64,000 nt of DNA from Sminthopsis crassicaudata (GCF_048593235.1 NC_133621.1:299965146-300029145), one strand, 5' to 3'; positions 38,481 through 51,271 are shown, counted from the stretch's first letter. Numbers and translations: made by a program. The notes: a model not told the origin generated them from the letters alone.

Positions 38481-40439
38481 AGTGAGTCTTTCCTTCTTCC
38501 CAGCAGTCAGTTCTGTAAGAGCAGGATTGTTCTGGGCTGGCACCCCCAGCACCTCCACCCACAAGGGCTTGGTATTTGCATTTTAAATGACTGCTGGCTG
38601 GTACCTATGAAGTGGGTAGAGCGGAGGTTCCAGAGTTGGTGGACCTGAGTTCAAATTCAGCCTCCAACACTTCCTAGCGGTGCAACGCTGGACAGGCCAC
38701 TTTCTCCGCCTCAGTTTCCTCATCTGTAACATGGGAATAGCGTCACCTGCCTCACGGTGAGGCAGTGATTGTAAAGCACTTCGCTCAGGGCTTGGCCTGT
38801 GTATGCGCCTGTGCTGTCTCCCCTCCACAGGAGGGTGCTTCTAGAAGGCGCCTGGGTGGGTGGTGGGGCCGGGTTTTAGGAGCACCGGAAGCGCTTGCTG
38901 AATACCTTCTTTAGCCCGGGGCTGCTGGGTAACAAAGAGCCTTACTGGTGCCCCTGGAGGGGGGGCTCTCCCTCTCTTCATCCCGGCCTTCCTTGGGGTT
39001 GGGAGCACAGGCTTCTGGCCCTAGAAGCCACTCCAGAGAGCATAAGATTGGCTTAGGGTCACCCAGGCGGAGTGGAGAGCAAGCCCTGGGATTGGATTCC
39101 CCCTTAGCCCCTTACTAGCTGGCCGGCCCTGGGAAAGTCACGTAGCCTCAGGTGGCTCCTCTCTAACTCGTCCCTCCGGTCTAAAGCTGGGGGGACCTGA
39201 TGCCACGTCCAGGATTTCCACGACTCACCCGCCTCCTTCAAGGAGCGCCCCTCCATCCCCTTTTTGTCCCTGCGGGGCCAGCACAGGCCCTCCCTGCGTG
39301 GGGTAGGCCTGGGAGGAATGGTCCTGGAGGCGGACCAGTAACACACAACAAAGCGCGGTCCCTGACGGCGCAGGCCCCATAGTGGCCCTTGGTGTTTTGG
39401 GACCCATAGCCACAGCCCGGTGGTGCATGAGGTCAGTCTCGTCAGGGGCAGTTCTGGATCCCCCCCACGCCTCCCGGACTTCGAGGAGCGTTTCTCAGCA
39501 TTATTGGCAGCTTGGTGCACAATTAGAATTTAGGGATAAGTGGGTCCAGGCAGAGTTGGGAAGGAATTCCTTCCTCGTGTCCATTTCTACTTAAATGTCC
39601 TGGCGGCATTCTGCCAGAAGAGAGTCGTTATTAGTAGCACAATTAAAACAGAGGGAATGGACAAAGCAGGGCGGGAAGGGACTTGGGCAGCAAGCTCTGC
39701 TTCCCAGCCGAGGCATGTGGGAGGGCAGACTCGGGGGCTGCTGAATGTGGGGGGAATTTCCCATCCTGGGCACGTCAAGCCCAGCGGCTCACCACCTGTA
39801 AAGCAAGGCAACCTTTCGGGGCTTCAGTTTCCTCGTCTATGAAATGGACTGCCTTCTGACGTTCAGTCCTTCTGGTCTTTGCACTGGCCTTGGCTGCCTC
39901 AGGTAGGAACACTTAGATGGCAGCGTGGATAAAATACCAGCTCTGGAGTCAGGAGGACCTGAATTCACATCTGGCTTCAGACACGTAACACTCACTAGAC
40001 AAGTCATTTAACCCCAATTCCCTTGCAAAAGAAAAAGAATGAAAAAAGATGAAAGCCTTTTAAGTACAGGCAAGTGAGAGACTTAAGTCCGTTCTTCTTC
40101 TCAGTGCCCATTCCTGCATTATTTGCAAACATAACTCAGAAAGTGCAGTGATGCGCTAAACTGTTCCTCCCCAGGTTGGCGCACCTTTCCTGAGCGCCTT
40201 GCTGTTGGGGGATAGAGGTCATTATTGAGGGAAGACCATTTAGCCTTGTGTCTTTTGTAGGCCAGGACAGAGCTTCACTGAGAGGAAAAAGCATCTCAGG
40301 ATGAGAGAAGCGGCAGCCAGGGAATTCTGGGCCATGTGTCCTTGTGACCCCTCCCCCATGACAGAAGCCACCCGTCGTCATCCCCTAACTTCTCGCTGTT
40401 TTTTCTCTGCTCTAGGAGGAGGTGGAGCTTTACTGGGAG

Positions 40440-43400
40440 ATGCCTCTCTTCAGAAATAAGTTCAGTCCCAAGAAGACGCCTCCTCGGAAGTCAGCCTCTC
40501 TCTCCAATCTGCACTTTGTGAGTGAGCCCTGACTAGAGTAGGAGGAGTGACTGTAAAGGCATAGGGCAGAAGGGTGCTTCCAGGAAGGCCCAGGACAGCT
40601 TAGGAAGCTGCCTCCTAATAAGGAGATCCTTGTGCAGAGCCCTCTTTGAAGGGCACTAGCTTTAGAGCCTATTTGTCACATCACAATATTTGCCTCATTG
40701 CTGCATAGTCACAGCTGAATAATTTTAAAAAATAAAATAAAACTAGTATCCTTCCCCTGCTTTATCACTGAATTCTGTTCCCCAGACTTGGGACTAAATG
40801 GCTATGACAGTTTCAAAAAATCCAACTCACTTTAGGGGATAGAAGCAAGATTTGTCACGATGGCAGATCTCCCGAACAGCATATTCCAGGACCAGGATGT
40901 GTTGGGAGCAGTAGGCAGCTTCACTGGGACAGTTCCTGGAGCCCACTCCCAACCCCCATGGGGGATAACATGCATTTGCTTGTCAGTCTCACTGCAGGGA
41001 TAGAGACAGGAGCCTGGGACTTCATTGGTGGAGGAGGTGCCAGCAGCATGCTCTGGGCAGCCTGTGGTCTCGGTTACTTCCGGTATGGAGAGTTTATGTA
41101 AACTGCCCAGCTTACTGAGCCCAGATATATGAGAAACAGAACTTGACCAGGTCTTGCTGGCTTTGAGGCTGGTTTCCCATGCACCACTACACAGCCTATG
41201 GAAAAAAAAATCAGTCACAGAATTATAATCCTGCTTGGTAAAAATGCTACCAATAATCCTTGATGTACTTTTGATCCCTTAATAGTTGATGAAAAAGGAG
41301 TTTGTATTTTTTTCACTTAATAAGCATTTATTTTCTCTCCCTCCAAGGGAGAAAAAACTTGTCACAAACTATCTGGTCAAGCCAAGCCAGTTCTTGCACA
41401 CACCATGTCCAAGCAGGATCATGGAGGTGGGGGGAGTGGTGGAGGGGTATCTGTCCCTCTGCTTCAGGAGTTGAGCAGTAGGCTTCTTCCTGCTTACTCT
41501 ATTCCTCAGTGTTCCCAAGTCTGAAATCAGTTCTCACCCATTAAGTTTGGAGAAGAAAAAGATCAGAAAGAGGAGGAAGTGCTCTAAGGACAATGGCCAT
41601 GTCAGCCAATGAAGGGTGAGAAGCAGCGCAAAGACTTGCCCCCAAGTCTCACTTATCAGGGGTAGGGTCGGTGATTCCAGACTTCCAGATACAGAATCAA
41701 GTATCCGATCTGCCTCTTCAGCCAACCTTCAAGACAACAGCACAAAGCAACTACAAATTAACTTGTTTATTTTACTTAAACTACATCTTTAGAGTAGTAC
41801 CAATATGTCAATCATCAAATTATAGGATCTCATCTTTGGCAAAGACCTCTAAAGTCAAGCAGTCCAAACTCTTCTCAAACTGGAATTTCTCTACAACATT
41901 GTCAGAAGATATCCATCAGGGCCACAGGAGAGCAAGAGGTGGCTATGGTGCCATAGTGTGTAGAGCAGAATGCCAGGCCTGGGATCAGTAGAAACCAAGT
42001 TCAAATCCAGCCTAGCTGTGGGATTCTGGTCAGATCCGCAAAGGTCTCTCTATCATAGTTTCTTCATCTGTAGAATAATAACAACCCCTACTTCTCAGGA
42101 TTATTGTGAGGATTTTAGATTATGGTAGAGCTTTAGCCACAGAAAGCCTAACTCCTAATTTGTTGCCTTCCAAGGCCATCCATTTTGTTTTTCCTACATA
42201 AGGAAATTGTCCAGAATCTATCCTGTTGGAGTCCAGCTCCAGTGAATACCGAGAGTGTGAACTTGAATTGAATATCTATGAAGTCTACAGGTAGAAAAAT
42301 TTAATTTGCAATTTTTCATCTATTAATCTGAGAGCCAGAGTTTATATACTCTTTAATGTTGCATTAATGGTGCTATATATATTCCAGGGTTAATGAATAG
42401 ACCATACTTCCAACATTTCAGTTTGACCTTAACTAACATTAACAAAGTATCTATCATAACAAGGTCATAAATGATAGTAACTATTGATAATAAGATATCT
42501 CTCATAACAGACTTATTAATAGTAGTAAGTATCAGTAATAAAGTATTTGTCAAAACAGAATTAATTGTAAATAGCGCAGTCGTGTTGCCTTGTTCCTGTT
42601 ACATGCATTCTCCATCAAGAGTATATTAAATTTATATCGAGTATGTCTTTTATTCATTGTTAAGGGAGGTGGTGAGGTAAGGCTTTGAACTGTTTGCCCT
42701 TACAGAGACCAGGTCTCAGTAATACCTGAATTGGACTTTTCCTGTATGGGGACTTATTCAATACTGGCCCTCTCTATCTCCCCCTTTTTTATTCAGAAGA
42801 TGAAGTCTATGAACTTAAGTTCCCATAGTTGACAATGATGAGAAAACATATTGGAAAACACAAGAGGCTAAGCCAATGAGTATAGGAATGACACATGCAA
42901 GAACAAAACACAAAAGCATAGAAAAATCAGATTATTTACAGGATTTATCTTTTTCAACCACTCAAATACTTTGTTTGCTATGCTGTCAGTTTCAATTCCA
43001 GGGGCACTAATTGTGCCATATTTTCTGCCAAAGCAGCTAAGATATATGCAAAGTGAGGTTGGAATTATGTATAGCTCCATTTATTCTGTTCCTTATTTGA
43101 AGCCATGTCACATTTTTGGTATCATTGTCTCGTCTATATGGAGTTACACATACATAAGTAAAAATATAAGCACGTTAGTTGTAATCAAGTTTCCAAATTG
43201 TTTACATAACCCCTAACTATATTAATAATTTTTCCATTAAATTTAATTCTTGTTTTAGCTCATTGTATTAATTTGTTCTTTAAGAGCTTATGATACATTT
43301 TTTACTAATTGATCTGTGAATTGGGCAGTCTGAATAGATTCTGTTAGAGATGTAGCTGAAATGGCAAGTGAATTAATAATTGCCATAGCTGCTAGAATTC

Positions 43401-46400
43401 CAGCAATGAGTAATCCAACAAATCACCTTTTCCTACTTCTGTTGTTTTCTAATTTTCTTTTGACATTATCTCAAGCCTGTTTACCTGCTGATGGCTTCCA
43501 ATTGTAACTAATCTTAGTAGGCACCATCCTTGGTTCAATAATAAGAAACATAGGTAGTGATTTAGAAATAAGACATTGGATTAAAACGTATTTGTAACAT
43601 TTTATAATATATCCTGCTGACACATTCATGATTTATATTCCAGAATCATTTCTTAAAACATTATCTGTAGTTAGATGATATTTCTAACATAGTTTAAGCA
43701 TGCCCATATGGTATATTTCTGCAGGGCCTGAAACATCATGGAATCCCATATCTGACATGTGAAAATCTGTTCCATCCCAAGTCCCAAATACATTGTAACA
43801 GGGGACCCATCCAGACACTCGATAATTTGGGGTACATTATCACCAACCAGTTCCAGTTCTTCTCCAAACAATAGGGCCTAAAGTCCTCTGGGAGCAGAGG
43901 CAATGATCTCATCTTCTGAAACTACCTCCTCCTGAGAATGGGCATAGAGCTGAGTCACCTACAGGGTCCCATTCTTTTTTTGGAGGAAGTGGTAAGCTGG
44001 AACTGATTGAAGTATCCAATGGTTGATTCAGCTCCTTTAAGCTAGTAAGTACAGTTGTAACTGACCAAAGTCTAAAGAAAAGAAAGAAATCTAATAGAGG
44101 CTAAAATAATCTGAGATAGAAAGACAAGCCCACAAGGACTGCTATAGGTTCTAGAGAGGCCAATGTAGATTGACCAGCAACTTTTCACATAAATACATTT
44201 GTTTAACAGGACACACAGTACATACAAATGTTAAAGATATTTCAGCTTTAATTTCAATAATAAAATAACAGCTCTTATAATCAATCATGCTAATTGTTCT
44301 TACATTATTTTTGAAACCTTTAAAGACCTTATTTCATATAGACATAAACATCTAGTAATAGATAAATGACTAGGCCAAATACTCATTCATTAAGTTATTT
44401 AGACATAATGACTAGATTTTTCAGATTGAAAACAAGATGATATGTAATTGAATTGTGTTCATGGCTTCTATTGACTTCTGATTATATAAATTTGCTACAG
44501 GAGTAAAATACAGGGGTATTATTATAAAAACTGATTCTTCAAGCTTCTGTCTGGGAGCATATACATGACGGGATAAAGCATCCTTAGCTCAGTTTGATAT
44601 CTGATTATAACAATTACACCTTATAGCCAGATTCAGGAATAATCAGGTGGGTTCTTATTCAAGGAGACACAACTGGGGAACTGAGTCAGAAGGATCTCCC
44701 CTTGAACAGAGGCCAAGGTTCCAACTCTTTGTCTAAATACAGAACTTCACTTATAACAGTCCAGGATCACGTTTTTCTGAGTAGCTTATGGTATTTCTCT
44801 CAATGGGTGGGTTACTGACTTAATGGTCAGGCAGTCCTGAAAAAAAAATTTCAGGAGCCCTGAAAGCATTTCAGATAAAATTTTAACCTTAAGCAAAGAT
44901 TAAGATTCAAAACTCAGTCCCAAGAGATTTTATCTCTAACAGTAAATACTACTAATCACAGTTTAGAGCCAGATAAATTCTTTTTTAAAATGTTTACCAA
45001 AACTTACACACACAGATTTTGTTTAACTTGTTTTATATGTTTAAGCTTATCCTGGTGCAAAGAACTGATCATTAAACAAGTTTATAGATTCTTAGTAAAC
45101 ACTTTCTTTGTTTAGGAACTATACATCCTAAACAGGCTCATTTCTCAGGACTGATGACCTTGCTTACCCTGATGCTTTCAAGACAACTGGCAAGCTTACA
45201 AATTAAGGGAAGTTGACAGAGACCTGAAGGAAGGGACTGAGCTTCTTGTTGCCCATCACAAGCATTCTTAGTGTTTTTATGGGCCATGCTGTTTGATACC
45301 TCCTCCCACCCTGTGAAGGGGGAGAAAGGTACTTTATACCTTCATACTTTTTCTTTTTTTAAATTTAATTTTATTTATTTGCTGAGGCAATTGGCGTTAA
45401 GAATTAGTCACACATCTAGGAAGTGTTAAGTATCTGAGAACAGATTTGAACTCAGATCCTCCTGACTTCAGTGGTACTCTATACACTACATCAACTAGCT
45501 GCCCTAGCATGAGCATTTTCGAGGGCAAATTGTTTCAATAAAATTTAAGCTGCCTCCCCATGCTGATTGAAGGTTGAATTGCCATCATTGAGCAATTGAC
45601 AGCCAGCAAAGGTGTCATTGGGTCCTTGCACAATTTTTGTATAGAATGTCCCTCTGTCCCTACTGTCTGATTGATTTTGCCTATTCCAATTCAATCTGTA
45701 CTATATTGATATCAGCTGGACAAGAATCAATCTTACAACTTATATCTAATATCTGATATATTTTAATCCTCGTGTTAGCCTGGTGACAAACTACCTTCAC
45801 CTCTTACTTACCTTCTTTTTCTTTAAATGTTGAGCTCACCAAGAGGTCACTCTCCTGCCCGGTCATTCAAGTGCCTGTTCTAGGCGCCAACTGTTGAGAG
45901 TCCAGCTCCAGTCAATAAATACCATGTGTGTGAATCTGAATTGAATATCCACGAGGCCAGACAGAAAGATTTGCTTTGCAATTTTCCTTTATTAATCTGA
46001 GGGCCAGAGTTTATATACTCTTTAAGCTAGTGTTGCATTAATACCAGCTACCTCCAGGTGGCGCGATATACATTCCAGGTTAACATATAGAGCATAGTTC
46101 CAAGATGCAGTTTGACTTTAAGTAGCAATAAAACGTTGTAAATAGCAATAATTATCAATAACAAGGTATTTGTCAAAACAGAGTTGTAAATAGCATAGTT
46201 GTGCTGCCTTGTTCTTGTCACATGCATTCTCCATCAAAAGCATCCTAAATTTATCTCCAGTATATCTATCTCTCATTCATTGTTAGGGTTGGTGGTGAGC
46301 CAAAGTTTTGAATTGTTCACCCTTACAGAGAGCTGGTCTCAGTAATCTCTGAAGTGGACTCTTCCTGTACGTGGATTTACTGAACACTACTCCACAGTTT

Positions 46401-49280
46401 CCATTCCTTGTTCTTGCTTAGATTATCGGTGCATTCCCTCTTCCAGATGGTAAAGGGAGCTATCTCGGGCCTGGAGGCCCTCCTCCTTCACTTGATCCTG
46501 TTAGATCCTGCTTCTCAGGCTCTTCTCAGTCACCTGAGATCCAGTTTAATGTCTTTATCCTCAGAGTGTACCCACACACGCACTGGGGTCCCCAGGGCCG
46601 GAGCAGAAGAGGACCCTTGGAGTGGACACCATGTATTCCATTTCTGTCTCATAAAGTCCCCAGCCCATCACTGCCCCCTGAAGTGGGCTGAGGGCATCAC
46701 AGAAATGATCTTGGAGGAAAGAGAGGACTGAGCTCAGAAGGGAAGTGGGTGAGAATCTTGGTGATGTCCCTGCCCTGAATGCTCCAGGCATCTGTTTTCA
46801 AGGAGCACATGCTGGGATAGAGGAAAGCAGCACTACCCAGAATGAACGTAAAAGGAATAAAGGGGGTCCCTGGGTATGGTTTTAAGAAAACTTGCCCAAG
46901 GGCAGGATGGGAACATCATGATGATCTGATGACTCTAGGATGCAGAGCAGCAGGGTAGGTGAAGCAAGCCGGTCCAGGAAAGGAGGGCTGAGGGCCACTG
47001 TAGGAGCCTACTGAGGCCACAGGTGGATTAGAGGCCCTGGGGGGCAGTTGCTCAGGAGGCTCCCCCTTGTCTGCAGCCTCAGCCCAATAAGGCAGGAAGG
47101 AATCAGGCTCTCTCAGTAGAGAGGCAGGCCCTGGTCACATTAGGGGAGAGGCCGTGGCAGTGGCTTCCATAGTGGGCACAGGCCTACTGTGCACTGCCCC
47201 CATGAGGCCTCATCTGGGACACTGGACTTGGTACCAGATGCAGTATCTAAAGGATCCCAGCTAAATTTCGCCTTCTGCATGGGACTTTTCCTGATTGCTT
47301 CTCAGCTGCTGGTGCCAGCCCCTCTGAACTTACCTCCCACTTCTGTTTGCATGTGTGCATGTGTCTGTACATGTGCACACGCACACATCTCTACCAATTC
47401 TCTCCCTTGACTCATTAACAGCACGGACTGCTTGCTTACTTTGGCACATATTTATCTGAGCCCAGACTGTGTTCCTTGAAAGGAAGAGCAAGATGTGGAG
47501 GAGCCCTGAAAGCATTTCAGATAAAATTTCAACCTTAAGCAAAAATAATCTGGATTAAGATCATAGAGAGCAGTTGGTGCTTTTAAAAGACTTTTTTTCT
47601 CCCATGCCAAAGTAGCCCTTTCCCTATAGGTTTTATTTTGTCTTCCGGCTCAGCAGTGCATTTGGAATAAGATTCAATTTGCAGGATTTCGGTTTCCCCG
47701 AGAAACATATTGTAGCAGTGACCAGTGTTTACAATTCTATATTTGGGATCTCTCTGATGCCAATTTCTGACAGTGTGGCCAGATTTCAGTTTAAAAAACC
47801 ATGTGACGTGCCAGAGCCTGTAGTTCCAAAGACCCCAAAAACGACCGCTGCCCTCAGAGAGCCGTTCGGTTGGCAAGTTGTCACACAGCAGGATTTACAA
47901 AATCACCTCAGGAGCAGAGCATTGATGAGCCAGTGGGGCAGGAAGGAAGCCAGGGCATGGAGGCCGGGTGGGAGTAAGGGGAATAGTAGGCAAGCTGCCT
48001 GCCCCAACCCTTTAATGAGCAAAGCAAGACTCCCAGGAAGGAAAGTATTTATCCATGGTTGACATGGTCAGAAAGAGTTGTTACTTTGTGACTCTGGGGA
48101 TGAAGGAGTACGCTTCAGTATCCTGCCCTGAGAATGGGGGCCCACAGTTCTGGGCCTGCTCACAGTTCCATATTGTGAGGACAAAACAGGACTTGGCTCT
48201 GCAGAGACAGTGCCAGTCCCAGATCGCAGGGTCAGGTGGCCATCCAGAGACAGAGCCTCCTCCCATCTGTGGGGCACTTCACTGGATCCTCAGAAAAGCT
48301 CTCAGGCAGGGAGAGACCATCAGCCCCATTTTTCAGTGAGGAAACTGAGGCCAGCCTCACAAAGTACTGAACTGCAGAGCCCGGACTCGCCCTTCAAGAC
48401 CATTCTGCCATGTCTGCAAGGCCTCCTGCCCTGCCATGGCAGGGTCTTTAGCAAGCCCTCATGAGGAGCCAGGCCTCGGGCTCAGAGCTGAGCCGGCCTC
48501 TGGTCTGTTTATTGCCCACAGTTGGACAGATCCACTCGGGAGGTCGAGCTGGGATTGGACTATGGAGCGCCAACCTTGAACCTAGCTGGGCAGAGCCTCA
48601 AGTTTGAGAATGGCCAATGGATAGCAGGTGAGAAGCCTGGGCTACTCCCTGGGGTCCCTGCATGGGGAGAGGGGCTCTCATGGATCCTGCTCCTCTTCTC
48701 CCAGAGTCAGGTGCCTGTGGAGGCGCGGATCGCAGGGAGGCGCAGCGACTGCGCAAGAGGAACAAGCAGCTGGAAGAGGAGAACAATCTCCTTCGAGTCA
48801 AAGTGGAGATCCTGCTGGACATGGTGAGGGGCTGGACCAGGGAAATCTTACTGGTCATGGTGAGGGGCTAGGTCCAGGACATCCTGCTGGACATGGTGAG
48901 GGGCTTTTTGCTGGAGTCAAGACACTCAGAGTAGGGGTTGCCTTGGAGGAGACAGACCTGGCCCCTGCCATCTGTGGGTGTGCCATCTGCGTGGTAGGGG
49001 AGAGTGGGCCAGGTGCCCTGTACCGTGAAAGGCTAGTACCTGTCCATTGGCCCCACCAGAATCTCCCCCACCTAATCATTGTTCCTTTGTGGAGCAGCCC
49101 CTTCCATGTTGCCTTCTGATGTCTTCACCTGCCTCCAGATGGGAGGGCCAGCTGTGCTGAGGGCCCCCGGCCTCACGGTGTGTCCCACATTCCTTCCAGC
49201 TCGCTGAGACCACGGCCGAGTCCCATCTCATGGAGAAGGAGCTGGATGAACTGAAGAGCATTAGCCAGAGGAGGAAGTGA
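40440..49280 (+). CDS. CBY1: Chibby homolog 1, copy A; exons 40440-40517, 48522-48627, 48705-48823, 49200-49280; intact 127 aa
   Basis: MPLFRNKFSPKKTPPRKSASLSNLHF/LDRSTREVELGLDYGAPTLNLAGQSLKFENGQWIA/ESGACGGADRREAQRLRKRNKQLEEENNLLRVKVEILLDM/LAETTAESHLMEKELDELKSISQRRK*; nearly identical to recalled human CBY1; all GT-AG. Confidence 0.95.
42225..42776 (-). mobile_element. 3' LTR of the provirus
   Basis: Direct repeat of 45892-46386; adjacent PPT AAAAAAGGGGGAGA (minus strand, 42777-42790). Confidence 0.85.
42830..43480 (-). pseudogene. env TM remnant (stops and frameshifts)
   Basis: RSRKR furin site (43426-43440) then FVGLLIAGILAAMAIINSLAISATSLTESIQTAQF fusion peptide; APGIETDSIANKVFEWLKKINPV plus a hydrophobic anchor, resembling HERV-K/MMTV TM. 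Confidence 0.8.
45345..45506 (-). mobile_element. CORE-SINE nested inside the provirus
   Basis: Reverse-complement consensus ending aactagctgccc, next to the gag remnant. Confidence 0.8.
45509..45660 (-). pseudogene. gag capsid remnant
   Basis: KIVQGPNDTF (MHR-like) and LLKQFALENAH, resembling betaretroviral QGPxEPxxDF and LAxENAN. Confidence 0.65.
45892..46386 (-). mobile_element. 5' LTR of the provirus
   Basis: Direct repeat of 42225-42776; followed on the minus strand by TGGCGCCTAGAACAGGCAC (~45871-45889), resembling the tRNA-Lys3 PBS TGGCGCCCGAACAGGGAC. Confidence 0.85.
48809..48905 (+). repeat. 36-bp tandem repeat (2.7 units) spanning the CBY1-A exon-3 donor
   Basis: atcctgctggacatgGTGAGGggctggaccagggaa / atcttactggtcatgGTGAGGggctaggtccaggac / atcctgctggacatgGTGAGGggct. 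Confidence 0.95.
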
Positions 49281-50345
49281 TGTCAGAGGCGCCAAGCCCT
49301 GGGGGTCAGTACCAAGGGGTCAGGGAAAAGGGAGGGCTGGCCCTAGTGGAGGTACTGGTGGAGCACGTGACCCATGCACACACACAGCATGCAGGATTGT
49401 CTGGGGCTGGGAAATATTGGGGTGATGTGGCTTTTAACCTTTGGGGATGGTCTAACTGGAGAAGCTTTTGTGCCCCTTCTCAGAATAATGCTTTTGATGG
49501 AGAGGATTAGAAAAGAAATCATAGTCAGGGAGACCCAAGATGTAATTGTTTTCCTACCGAAGTTCCTGAGCACCCTAGGGGATTAGCACCTTGGTCCAGA
49601 TGGGCAGTCTGCTCTCCATTCTCAGGCTGAGAGGGGCTATGTGTCCATTATCCCCTCATTACCCTGAGATGCACCAGCCCTGATCACAGCACCTCCCCAT
49701 GCCTTCTGTCCTTTCTCTTAAGCAACAAAGTGAGAATGAGGAGGAGGGATGGGTAGTAGTAAAACACAGCAGCACAAATTAAAAATCAATATTCCCACAA
49801 AATCACTCTCATTTGTATGAAAATAACAAGCAAAACAAGGTGATTGAAGAAAATTGTGCATTTCAGGATCCTGTGGCTTCATTTCTCAGGACCAGCACAT
49901 GCAGCACTTGGAAAGGCCTTGGGCCTGCGGGATGAGTGTCAAGTGTCACATGCTTGGGTAGGGCCAACATGGGAAATCCATTCTGACGATGCAGGTGTTA
50001 CAAGGATTTTGGCTTTTGGTTTTTCCATTGAGGGGCTAGAGAGCTGGCCGTAGGGCTGTCCAAAACAATAAAGAGAGAGAAAAGCAGGGCTCCTGAAGCA
50101 TTTTTATTTTAAATGCACAGCAGAGAAGGCCAGAAATAACCTGAGCTTGAGCAGGCCAGCTTTCACAATAACCTGAGAGATTTATTAAATGGAGAACTGG
50201 AGCAATCATTTGCTTGTCTTTTTTTATGAGAAGGCATTGATTTTATGCCCTTCTGGAGATTTTTAATTTGTGATGTTATGTTTCATCACTATCCTAGATA
50301 TAAAGTAAATAAAAAGCAAGCCATCCAGAAGAATGTCCATTTTAC

Positions 50346-50547
50346 NNNNNNNNNNNNNNNNNNNNNNNNNNNNNNNNNNNNNNNNNNNNNNNNNNNNNNN
50401 NNNNNNNNNNNNNNNNNNNNNNNNNNNNNNNNNNNNNNNNNNNNNNNNNNNNNNNNNNNNNNNNNNNNNNNNNNNNNNNNNNNNNNNNNNNNNNNNNNNN
50501 NNNNNNNNNNNNNNNNNNNNNNNNNNNNNNNNNNNNNNNNNNNNNNN
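50346..50547. other. Assembly gap (202 N)
   Basis: Run of N. Confidence 1.
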
Positions 50548-51271
50548 ATATATTTTTAAACAGGAGGGCTCATAGAGAGCAATCCTCTCTATGTGTATAT
50601 GAGGCCCAATGGGTGGTGGGCACTTGCCCAGGGCCCCCAGAATTAGCTGAAGACAACAGCAAGGCCAGGCCTGTTTCCCGACACCCCATTCTACCAGGCT
50701 CATGACCTCTCCTGACCAAATGCCCGCCATCTCAGGGTAGTTGTACCTCTCCTGCTGAGATAGGGTTAACACATTGAGAAGCCCTGCTTCCATCAGCCTG
50801 GAGACCCCAGACCCGCTTTGGACACCTGCTGAGAGGCACTCTGTGCCCAGAGGAAGGCAATTAGTACAGGGAAGAGCCCTGAGTCAACTTTCCGTGAAGA
50901 TGGGCTGAAGGAACCATTACTGGAGGAGGGACGAGTTTCATTGGGCCCCAGAAAGCAGACCCAGGGGCCATAGTAGGATGTGGTCAAAAGCTATTGTCCC
51001 CGCTAGGAGCTGCCTGAGATAGCCTCAGCTTCCGACAGGGACTGGACTCCGACCTGCCGCTCTGTAGACAGAGGCTGCAAATACCCGATCACATACAGGA
51101 CAGATGGGTGGGCCATGGGGAATCACTGCCTGCCAGCTCCCCAAATCTGTGATTCTGGGGCAAAGCCCTGGTGGTCAGCCAACTCATGATGAGGCAAGAC
51201 TACCCTGGACACCGTGTCCACAGATGAGGGAAAAGGTGCTGAGCAAGCTGCCCCACCCCGTGGCCCTGCCT

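Larger units (their letters stand above)
42225..46386 (-). mobile_element. Decayed, internally deleted class II (betaretrovirus/ERV-K-like) provirus in a CBY1-A intron
   Basis: Two direct LTRs; Lys-type PBS; PPT; gag CA and env TM remnants; TG...CA ends flanked by ctatcc/ctactc versus empty-site ctaccc in copy B (~57595). Confidence 0.88.
36322..49431 (+). repeat. Tandem segmental duplication unit A (FAM227A 5' intron + promoter + CBY1-A)
   Basis: Colinear homology with 49436-60842 from aacatcggggacggtc (36322) to gatgtggc (49431). Confidence 0.9.

Noticed and set aside
47583-48062. Overlapping ORFs on both strands, open in both duplicates (also 58754-59314)
   Set aside because: The copies are ~93% identical without indels here, so shared openness is expected; no recognisable homology.
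48522-48827. ORF MDRSTREV... as a stand-alone protein (also 59704-60009)
   Set aside because: It begins at the TTG of CBY1 exon 2 and reads into the intron; explained by the spliced gene.
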